From a virus (taxonomy: Duplodnaviria > Caudoviricetes), in IMG/VR virus record IMGVR_UViG_3300042315_000882, positions 1-46,827 of that record: 46,827 nucleotides of DNA; one strand, written 5' to 3'. The notes under the pieces were generated by a model, which worked only from the letters and a program-made list of their open reading frames with translations, did not search any database and was not told where the DNA came from. The translations under genes were made by a program, and so were the position numbers. Position 1 is the first letter of the stretch, and every line of letters starts with the position of its first letter. This document shows positions 36,374 to 45,100 of this stretch, in pieces.

Positions 36374-37042
36374 TCAATCAAATTTGTAGCCAAACATTTC
36401 AATTGAATATTTTCCCATTTCTTCTACCATATTTTTTGTATTTAAATTAGTATAATAATCCTGATAACGCCTGTGAGGTCGTTTGGAATGAAAGGCAAAT
36501 TTTTCTAATTTAATTGGGAAGCAATTTAAATGTTTACATATTCGATCGAAATCATTTTGGAGTTGTTCAAATTTGATAACATCGTTGGCTAAATACTTTT
36601 TTCCGTGACATACATATTCTTCGAACGATAGTATATTGTCAAACTGAAACTCTTTGTATTTCAATTTTATGTATTTTTCAAATGTCATTTTTGAAATTTT
36701 TTCTGTTGGATCTATTATTCCGTCAAAATAATATCTAGATACAGCTCTGTCCCATGGGTTTCTTATACAAGAAAAGATAAAATATTCGTCAACGTTTTGC
36801 CGCATCTTATTTAAAGCGTTAATATGCTCAGATAAGCTGCTGTGTTTATATTCAACAAAAGGAAGATTTAATTTTATAGCACCTGTTGAAAGAAGGCATA
36901 CTTTTATCGATCCTCTTTCTTGGATTTCTCTGTTGTGTTGTTCTAGATATCTCGTAGGAATTTCCCCTAATGCATATTCTATAGACGTTCCTGCGCATTT
37001 TGGAGGATGAGTAAAGATAAATCGTTTGTCTACATTAAACAT
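36374..37042 (-). CDS. sulfotransferase family 2 protein
   Basis: FTHPPKCAGTS (5'-PSB) and IRNPWDRAVSRY (3'-PB); start set at ATG 37042 below a TATAAATA. Confidence 0.85.
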   Translation of the reverse strand: MFNVDKRFIFTHPPKCAGTSIEYALGEIPTRYLEQHNREIQERGSIKVCLLSTGAIKLNLPFVEYKHSSLSEHINALNKMRQNVDEYFIFSCIRNPWDRAVSRYYFDGIIDPTEKISKMTFEKYIKLKYKEFQFDNILSFEEYVCHGKKYLANDVIKFEQLQNDFDRICKHLNCFPIKLEKFAFHSKRPHRRYQDYYTNLNTKNMVEEMGKYSIEMFGYKFD

Positions 37043-37104
37043 AAACGCAAACTTATTTATAAAATATGGGCTCGACATGAGCAACTTATATTATAAATAA
37101 ATAA

Positions 37105-37413
37105 ATGGACGACATTTCTATTGTAATTCACCCAAATAATCTTGCTCATCAATTAGTAAAATCTCCACTAGTTAATTTAGTTAATTCGAGCGAGTTCTTG
37201 AATTCAGCAAAAGAGCTATCTGTTTATTTAAAAGAATTGGCTATTGCAGATTTACCAGAAGAGCCGTCTGATTGGGCTTTTACAAACGAATACGAGGAGT
37301 TTCGACCAACTGAATATATACAAAATCCCAGACACATACATACGTTGGTTTTTTTCAGCAGCACTATAAACACTCAATTGCTATATTCATTTGACGTAAC
37401 AGGAGTCATTTAA
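37105..37413 (+). CDS. hypothetical late protein
   Basis: TATAAATA-N5-ATG. Confidence 0.6.
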   Translation: MDDISIVIHPNNLAHQLVKSPLVNLVNSSEFLNSAKELSVYLKELAIADLPEEPSDWAFTNEYEEFRPTEYIQNPRHIHTLVFFSSTINTQLLYSFDVTGVI

Positions 37414-38849
37414 CCACGAGTGTATGTGAAGTTATATTCAAAGCCTGTGTATAAGGCTTGATTAGGATTGTAATCAGTATTAAATACTGTAACTATCCCG
37501 TACGTATGCTGAGCACTTGAGTCGAGAAAAATAACAGTTCCATCGCAACTTCTACCATAAGAACAACTATAAGCGCCTCCGCCATTGGTCCAATCTCCAA
37601 GAGGAGTTCGATACAGTTTTAACACAGTGGTTCCGGTTTTAATCTGGTTTGGCGTAAACAAAAAACGAAATTGTCTGGTCCATGTGTTAGCAGTAGGCTG
37701 AGTAAGAGTTTCAGTATCATTTACTTTTCTTCCTGTATAGCTTAAGTTGCCTGCTAAAAGGGACAGGTTTTGATTAACTGTGGTATCATATGCCGTGGCC
37801 CCAAAATTCGCCACGTTGTAATTTTTAGTCGAAAGGTTGCAAGAAGCATTACTTAAAGTACAAATTTGACTATGATGAAATGTAAATCCGTCATTTAAAT
37901 TTGTTGAAGCTGTAGACACAAACGTGTCATATCTTTGTTGAGGATTAGATCCGCCGTCTCTGTCGGAATTTGTTGCAGGCCAAGCAGATGTATAAAATTG
38001 CAACCACCAATGTCTTTTGCTTGTCCCCAGAATTGAGCTCTGAGTGCCAGTTCTCGTTACTCCAGTATATGTTCCGTTGTGATTGCCAGCATCCTCTAAC
38101 AAAGGAACGGTTGAAGAAAAAGCTGCCGTGCTACCACCGTTTATAATGTTTAATGGATTTCCGTCAGACTTTAACGTATATAAGGGTAAATCCTTGATTG
38201 TTGTTTTGTTTAACGGAAACGAGCTTGCTCCCGTTCCTGCAAAATGAACCATGTTTTCTTTTACTTTATTAGCATCAGTTATAATAGTAAGAACATATCT
38301 AGCGTATACTCTTCCGTTTGGTCTTACAATTACAGGGTCTTGCAATGTGGATCTGCTAAAGATTCCGTATCGGTTATTGGATGCAAATGAAGACGATGTA
38401 GTCCAACTACACCCAATTTCATTAATCACATATTGAGTTAGCCCTAACCCTCCCAGTGAAAACGCAGCACCCATGTTAAATTGAGTAAGTCTAGTAAATA
38501 TAATTGCTAAATTTCCTGACGGATCTGCTGATAGAGTCGTTCCCGTTGTAGCACTAACGTTGAATTCTGTATAATCAGACGCAGGAATAGCACTGACTAA
38601 ATTATAATCAGTCGTTTGTTCAGAACCAAACCCAGTACTTCCTACTCCCAATGAAATAAATCTCATGTTATTAACGAATGCCTGTTGAGATATATCTGTA
38701 TCAGCAGGATGAGGAGCTCCAGTACTTCTATCTCCCACAAATCTCCTCATTCCCCAATCAGTAATAAGATTTGTGGATTTACACAGCTCATTCATGTTTT
38801 CATCATAAAGAGTATATTCTCCAGAAATAGAAGTATTGCAGTCAAACAT
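37410..38849 (-). CDS. virion structural/tail-associated beta-rich protein
   Basis: NLITDWG, ISLGVGST, INEIG, FSR pattern of tail-fibre anchor domains; TAAATA-N7-ATG. Confidence 0.65.
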   Translation of the reverse strand: MFDCNTSISGEYTLYDENMNELCKSTNLITDWGMRRFVGDRSTGAPHPADTDISQQAFVNNMRFISLGVGSTGFGSEQTTDYNLVSAIPASDYTEFNVSATTGTTLSADPSGNLAIIFTRLTQFNMGAAFSLGGLGLTQYVINEIGCSWTTSSSFASNNRYGIFSRSTLQDPVIVRPNGRVYARYVLTIITDANKVKENMVHFAGTGASSFPLNKTTIKDLPLYTLKSDGNPLNIINGGSTAAFSSTVPLLEDAGNHNGTYTGVTRTGTQSSILGTSKRHWWLQFYTSAWPATNSDRDGGSNPQQRYDTFVSTASTNLNDGFTFHHSQICTLSNASCNLSTKNYNVANFGATAYDTTVNQNLSLLAGNLSYTGRKVNDTETLTQPTANTWTRQFRFLFTPNQIKTGTTVLKLYRTPLGDWTNGGGAYSCSYGRSCDGTVIFLDSSAQHTYGIVTVFNTDYNPNQALYTGFEYNFTYTRG

Positions 38850-38863
38850 ATAATGTTATTTAA

Positions 38864-40213
38864 TTATTGCCATTTGGTTATTAACTTATTATTAATAAAT
38901 TCAAGCTCCCAGTCTGGAAGTTTTGCATAGGTAAGAATTATTTCTCCCATTGCATTATTATGGTAATATGAGCCATTACCGTCCGTATACACTCCAACAG
39001 TACTTACCGAAGCGTTATTAGTAGTTACCCCCCAATTAGTTAAATTGTTCAGTTTAATGTTGTTTATGTAAAAAGATTGGTTACTTGCAGTAGAAGCAAC
39101 TAAAATACCAGCAGAAGAGGAAACTGTAGTACTTGCATAAGTGTTTGATCCATACAGTTGATTATCGTACCATTGCATTAACGCTGTTGCTGGAGTGTTG
39201 GGGCTGCTAAATCGGCCTAAGCTTACACTTAGGGTACCTGCTGTTGGTCTGTTATAAACAAAAAAGCAAGAATAATCAGAAGAAATAGGAATTGACCTAC
39301 TAAGACGCAAAAACTGATTTGTTCCGTTAAACCGTAACGTACTAAGGCTTTTATTTTCTGATGAAATAAGAACGGGAGCAAATGGCGCTTGGGAAGATGG
39401 TAGTGATGCTACTGCTCCAAAAGAAGACTTGTCGGTCCAACTTGCAATAACATTTGGAGAAATCGATGAAGAAGCGTCTCCACTACTATAAAAAACTGTT
39501 TTGGGAGTTGGACTGTAATCTTGCAACGTGCTGCTTCTTGTCAATAGTTGAAGCGTAGTAAATGACTGATTTAAAGGAACTGGAACTCTGTTATCAAGGC
39601 TAGTAAGCAGGCCACTGCCAAAGCTATCACTAATTCTTAATATTACGTTACTAATAAAACTATTATTAAGGGAAGTACTTCCAATATTAATTGGGCCATT
39701 GTCATCGACAAAAGAATAATAGCCAATGGTACTATCCCATGTTCGTGTTCGGTTTATATATATAGAAAGTGGGGATCCGTTCCTGGTTACTTCTATTTGC
39801 TGCCAACCTATAGACAAATTACCCACAGGAAGATTCGAGAAAGTCCACCCGGCAGATGAATCAGTTACTTTAAGCCAAAGTCTAAGTGTATTTCCGTTTT
39901 TTATAAGTTGAAAATTTTGAGGTGAAGTATTTGAATGTTTCCAAAATAAAGTCCCTGTACTAGTCAATTCAGTAAGAAACACCCAAAAAGACAAATAAAA
40001 ATCTTTCGATTCAAAAGTTAAGTCTGCGTGATGATCAACCCTTACTTGTGTATTGCCATTAAAGTAACAACTCCAATCCTTAAACCCGGCAACTCCCAAT
40101 GTTGTTTTGCTCGCATCAGCAGCATCCAACCACAACTGAAGTCTAGGAATGTCCGTTGGGGAGTCATATTTAACGTTTGCTGTTGTATTTGATTGAATAT
40201 TAAAGCTAGCCAT
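38864..40213 (-). CDS. LamG/concanavalin-like virion protein
   Basis: LQLWLDAAD domain with DFYLSFWV...WQQIEVTR...IYIN...INIG LamG core. Confidence 0.75.
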   Translation of the reverse strand: MASFNIQSNTTANVKYDSPTDIPRLQLWLDAADASKTTLGVAGFKDWSCYFNGNTQVRVDHHADLTFESKDFYLSFWVFLTELTSTGTLFWKHSNTSPQNFQLIKNGNTLRLWLKVTDSSAGWTFSNLPVGNLSIGWQQIEVTRNGSPLSIYINRTRTWDSTIGYYSFVDDNGPINIGSTSLNNSFISNVILRISDSFGSGLLTSLDNRVPVPLNQSFTTLQLLTRSSTLQDYSPTPKTVFYSSGDASSSISPNVIASWTDKSSFGAVASLPSSQAPFAPVLISSENKSLSTLRFNGTNQFLRLSRSIPISSDYSCFFVYNRPTAGTLSVSLGRFSSPNTPATALMQWYDNQLYGSNTYASTTVSSSAGILVASTASNQSFYINNIKLNNLTNWGVTTNNASVSTVGVYTDGNGSYYHNNAMGEIILTYAKLPDWELEFINNKLITKWQ

Positions 40214-42116
40214 ACACAAGTTCTAAGGTTGAATTATAAGGACGTTCAAATACTCTCACGTTTACCGTACTTAAAGAATAGGCAGAAAGAAACACAGTAT
40301 TAGACGTAGATAAAGATCCAAAATTTTGCCATCCGGACGTATCTACAGCAGACACTTGCCATTGATAGAGTAAAGTAATAGGTAACAGCGACAACCACGT
40401 TCCAGGAATAGCTGACACAGTAAAGATAGTTGTTCTTACGGTACTTACAGGAACAGTATTAACAGTAGTTAATTGAATTACATTACTTAAACTGGAGAAA
40501 GTGCCATTAACATTAGTTGCAGAAGCAGAAGTTCTAAAGAAGGTTTGGTAATCAGCTGTCGTAGGATAATACAACATCGAACTAGCCAAAGGAATATCAG
40601 TAAACACATTTCCGTCATTACTTTGTTGCCATTGCAATTGATAACTAGTCGCTTGTCTACCCCAACTACCGTAAGTAGAAGATAAGGAACTTAATGATGC
40701 ACTAGATACTATTGGATTTCTTATAAGACGAGGAGGAAGAGTAAACTCACCAAACCATTTGAAATTTAATTTACTACACACCATTTGTATTTCGTTGTTG
40801 GGCAACATTGCTGACGTTTGAATAATTTCTCCCATTGCTCCTTGATGAAAATTACTAAAACTATATGCCCCAACAGCATTAACAGTAGTCCTTTTTGTTC
40901 CACCCCATGGTGTAGTAAATAATCTTTCGTATCCTCCATCGACATATAAATATTGATTTTTTCTCACAGCAGAAAACTGCCATTCAGAATTTAATACTTG
41001 TGTTGCGTTGCTGCGTCTATCTCCGGAATAGAAATAATCATCCGACCAATGCAAAAACGGAGAAGTGTTGTCGCCAGCAATTCTATTTCCTAAAGATACT
41101 GTCCGGACGTTATTATTAGGTCTATAATAAATGAAGAAATGTGTAAAATTATTAGAGACGTTGATTGGAGTTATTAAATCCATGAAGTTAGAGGTTCCGT
41201 TAAATTGCAAAAGGCCCAATTCGTTTCCAAACGGAACATACGTTCTAGTTGGCTGCCTCGAGCTTAATGCTGGAGTAGTGGCGTGAGCTGCAGTTGGAGA
41301 TTGATCAAACCAAGCACTAACAAAAACTTGATCGGTTGTTTGATTGTAATACGTGACAATGTTTTCGTCAGCAGAAGCATCCAACCATAATTGAAGATTT
41401 GGAATATCTAAAGGATTCTCGTATGGTTTAACATATAAAGGGGGTGTTTTGTATATAACTCCTTGATGTAAAAATGATGCTCTAATGAGAATTGGTTGTA
41501 TATTCGCCAAAGTAGCATAATAGGAATTTTGATTTACGACACTCGAATCAATTACATAATTGGAATTATTTGAGCTACTTACTTCCCATATTACTGTCGA
41601 GAAAACATTAGAGCTCAATTGGGAGTTAGCAGTAGAGGATATTCCATAAATTGACGTTTTAAATAAAGTAATCGGAGAAGGATCGATCAACAGAAAAACT
41701 TGAGACAGCTCGTCTTCTGAAATGCTAAATGAACACATTTCATATGAATTTGTTAATAAATCTTCATCAGAAACAAAAACAAAGCCCAAATTAGATGCGG
41801 ACAGCTCGTCTTCTGAAATGCTAAATGAACACATTTCATATGAATTTGTTAATAACTCTTTATCAGAAACAAAAACAAAGCCTAAATCAGATCCGGACAG
41901 CTCGTCTTCTGAAATGCTAAATGAACACAGACTATAAGTTGTTGAAGCAAACTCAGAGGTTTGCGTAAACCCAAACCATTCATACGGAACTTGTCCTTCC
42001 GGTGCACTAAACGAACACAAAGTGTACGTCATTACTGAATAGTCATTTAAAGATCTAACTGTCTTTGTCAGCAAATTTTGCAGAGAGCTTGCTATTATGC
42101 CTTGTTGAACAATCAT
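40206..42116 (-). CDS. virion protein with acidic repeats, LQLWLDA lectin-like domain and Ig-like domains
   Basis: 32-aa repeats, LQLWLDASAD domain, GSW...YQLQWQQS.DG Ig-like domain. Confidence 0.75.
   Translation of the reverse strand: MIVQQGIIASSLQNLLTKTVRSLNDYSVMTYTLCSFSAPEGQVPYEWFGFTQTSEFASTTYSLCSFSISEDELSGSDLGFVFVSDKELLTNSYEMCSFSISEDELSASNLGFVFVSDEDLLTNSYEMCSFSISEDELSQVFLLIDPSPITLFKTSIYGISSTANSQLSSNVFSTVIWEVSSSNNSNYVIDSSVVNQNSYYATLANIQPILIRASFLHQGVIYKTPPLYVKPYENPLDIPNLQLWLDASADENIVTYYNQTTDQVFVSAWFDQSPTAAHATTPALSSRQPTRTYVPFGNELGLLQFNGTSNFMDLITPINVSNNFTHFFIYYRPNNNVRTVSLGNRIAGDNTSPFLHWSDDYFYSGDRRSNATQVLNSEWQFSAVRKNQYLYVDGGYERLFTTPWGGTKRTTVNAVGAYSFSNFHQGAMGEIIQTSAMLPNNEIQMVCSKLNFKWFGEFTLPPRLIRNPIVSSASLSSLSSTYGSWGRQATSYQLQWQQSNDGNVFTDIPLASSMLYYPTTADYQTFFRTSASATNVNGTFSSLSNVIQLTTVNTVPVSTVRTTIFTVSAIPGTWLSLLPITLLYQWQVSAVDTSGWQNFGSLSTSNTVFLSAYSLSTVNVRVFERPYNSTLELVYG
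41704..41930. repeat. 96-bp-period in-frame tandem repeat (32 aa)
   Basis: GACAGCTCGTCTTCTGAAATGCTAAATGAACACA at 41704, 41800 and 41896. Confidence 0.9.
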
Positions 42117-42119
42117 AAC

Positions 42120-45100
42120 TTAGTTTCCTAAAGTGTCATTCCAAATATCTCCAAACAATAACCAGTTATTAGCTCCAATTTTTAAAATAGTCGCTGTAGA
42201 ATTAGTCGTACGTAAATAGTTCCGATTGTCTGCAGCGTTAATTGTCACTCCAGCATATCCGTCGACATATACTTTTTCTCCCAGACTTGCTATATTCACG
42301 CTCGCTCCCACATCAAACATAACATTCGAGTCATTAGGAACAAGAGCTGATATTGGAGCAGTGTTATTGCATAATACTAAATTGTTTTGATGACTTAGTT
42401 GAATGGTAAATGAATCAGTTAAAAAGCTCAACTTAGTTCTACTAAACACATAATCAGAAGCACTAACACTTCCAACTACAGTAACCTTTTCGTTTGGAGC
42501 GGTAGTTCCTATTCCTATATTCGAATTTTCCTGATAAATTTCACTGTTATCAAGAGACGAATTAGTAGCAGCCTTTGGTATATAATTTTTGTTAAAATTG
42601 TTTAAAGCTTCAGCTGTTATTAGTCTTGCCGTGGTATTCCATACGGCTGGGTTGATTTCTCGTCTTTGTAAGACTTGGTTGGCGGTGGTTTGAGCTACAA
42701 CAACTGTGTTAGATGATGTACCATTTGACGACAAGAAAGGAAGAAAACTATCATCGGTTTTAAGAATGTTTGCTGCACTTCTGTATAAATTAACATCAGC
42801 TCCAAAAAGAATTCCATTAGCAGAGCTCGTTCCGGAAGTTAATCTTAAAGCATTTGCACTTATATCTCCAGAAACGGTTAAGCTATAATTTGGATTGGAA
42901 TTTCCAATACCAACATTACCTCCAGAAAGAATGGTAACTCTCGGTGTGCCACTTGTTTCAAAAACCAAACTATAACGATCATTGGATCCTATTACAACAT
43001 TTTCTCCAAATGAATTTCCTTTTTGAAGAATTGCTGATAAAGATGCACCATACGCAGTTTCCCATTTAGCACTATTTGAGCTTACTGTTGTGTAAACTGA
43101 ATCCCAGTTAAAGCCATCATCGACATTTATCCATAAATTATTTGAAGAGTTTCTTCTTAAAATTTGTCCCGCAGAAACAGACGTAATTAAAACATCATGA
43201 ATTTCATCCAATTCGTAACCGTTTTGAACTTTAACGTAAGCAATTCCGTTTCCGTTATTTGCTCGTTCCACGACACCTAAGTACACTCCGTGTTCAGGAG
43301 CAGTAGGCTTAATTCGAGTAAACGTGCCTGGCGTACTTCCAAGCCATAGAGCATCTCCATCTACAAAAGGAAGAGGAAAAGCTAATTTATCCATTCTTCC
43401 AGCAACAGTAGCATATCCAATGCCGTTAGGAATTATAGTCTCATTAATAAAGCCAAGTGTTTTCGATGAAGTTGCTTCGGAAGCGTTTGATGCTAATTTA
43501 ACAGACATCACGCTTCCTGTTGCTCCAAAACTATACACTACATCTCCTCTATTAAGAGTAACGCTATCTGCATTAAAAACTTGAGCAACTAATATTTCAT
43601 CAGCAGCATTCCAAGCAGCGCTATTGGCACTTACTGTCGTAAATGTAGACTGCCAATTAGCACTTAGTGCTCTTAAATCTGTAACACCCTGACTCCAAGT
43701 TGCGCTATTAGCGCTTACGGTCGTAAATGTAGACTGCCAATTACCACTTAGTGCTCTTAAGTTAGTCCAGGAAGCACTATTAGCTAAAACTGTAGTATAG
43801 GTAGACTGCCAATTGCCACTTAGTGCTCTTAGGTTAGTCCAAGAAGCACTATTAGCTAAAACTGTAGTATATGTGGACTGCCAGTTACCACTTAGTGCTC
43901 TTAAATTTGTCCATGTAGCACTATTGGCAGTCATTGTCGTATACGTAGACTGCCAATTGCCACTTAGTGCTCTTAAATCTGTAACACCCTGACTCCAAGT
44001 TGCGCTATTAGCGCTTACGGTCGTAAATGTAGACTGCCAGTTACCACTCAATGCTTGAAGATCAGTAACGCTCTGACCCCAAATAGCACTATTAGCGCTT
44101 ACAGTCGTATATGTGGACTGCCAATTGCCACTCAACGTCTGTAGATCGGTAACACCCTGACCCCAAGTAGCACTATTAGCGCTTACGGTCGTAAATGTAG
44201 ACTGCCAATTAGCACTTAGTGCTCTTAAGTTAGTCCAAGTAGCACTATTGGCCGTCATTGTCGTATACGTAGACTGCCAATTGCCACTTAGTGCTCTTAG
44301 GTTAGTCCAAGAAGCACTATTAGCTAAAACTGTAGTATAAGTTGATTGCCAGTTGCTGGAAAGAGAATTTAAATCTGTAACTCCCCTGCCCCAACTAGCA
44401 CTATTGGATCTTACGGTGGTGTATGTAGAATTCCATAAAGAAGAATTTCCGGCTACATCATATAAAAGATTATTTGAGCTCAAAGAGCCAAATACATTTG
44501 TGCTGGATAAAATGTTGCCTTTTAGGTTGGCGTTTAACGTGTTTATGGAAAACGTCGGATCGGTCCTGGAAATTGACGTGGCAGAAAATGGTTCCGAAGT
44601 AAGACCAGAAAAAAGTGCCCATTCATTCGTATCATATAAACGAACAAGTCCTGTATGTTGATATCCAATGGGTCCTTCTGTAAATGAACCGACAAACCCT
44701 ATGTCTAAACTATCAGAAGGATTGTCGTATCCCAAATAAATTAACGAATCTTTTATTGCTATGTTCGTTGAACTGATTAAAGCAGAGCTTCCGGTTATTA
44801 CTAGGTTTCCGTTAACAAATAAATCTCCATTTACTGTTCCTCCAGACAAAGGCAGATAATTTCCAAGACTAGCAAACGCAAGACCCCAATCGGAACTATT
44901 AGCCTCAACAGTAGTATAAGTTGATTGCCAATTTCCGCTTAGCGTTTGTAGGTCTGTTACATTCTGTACCCAAGTAGCACTATTGTTATTAACCGTAGTA
45001 TAAGTTGACTGCCAGTTGCCGCTTAAAGCTTGCAAATCAAATACATTCTGTACCCAAGTAGCACTATTGCTCAATACAGTAGTATAAGTTGACTGCCAGT

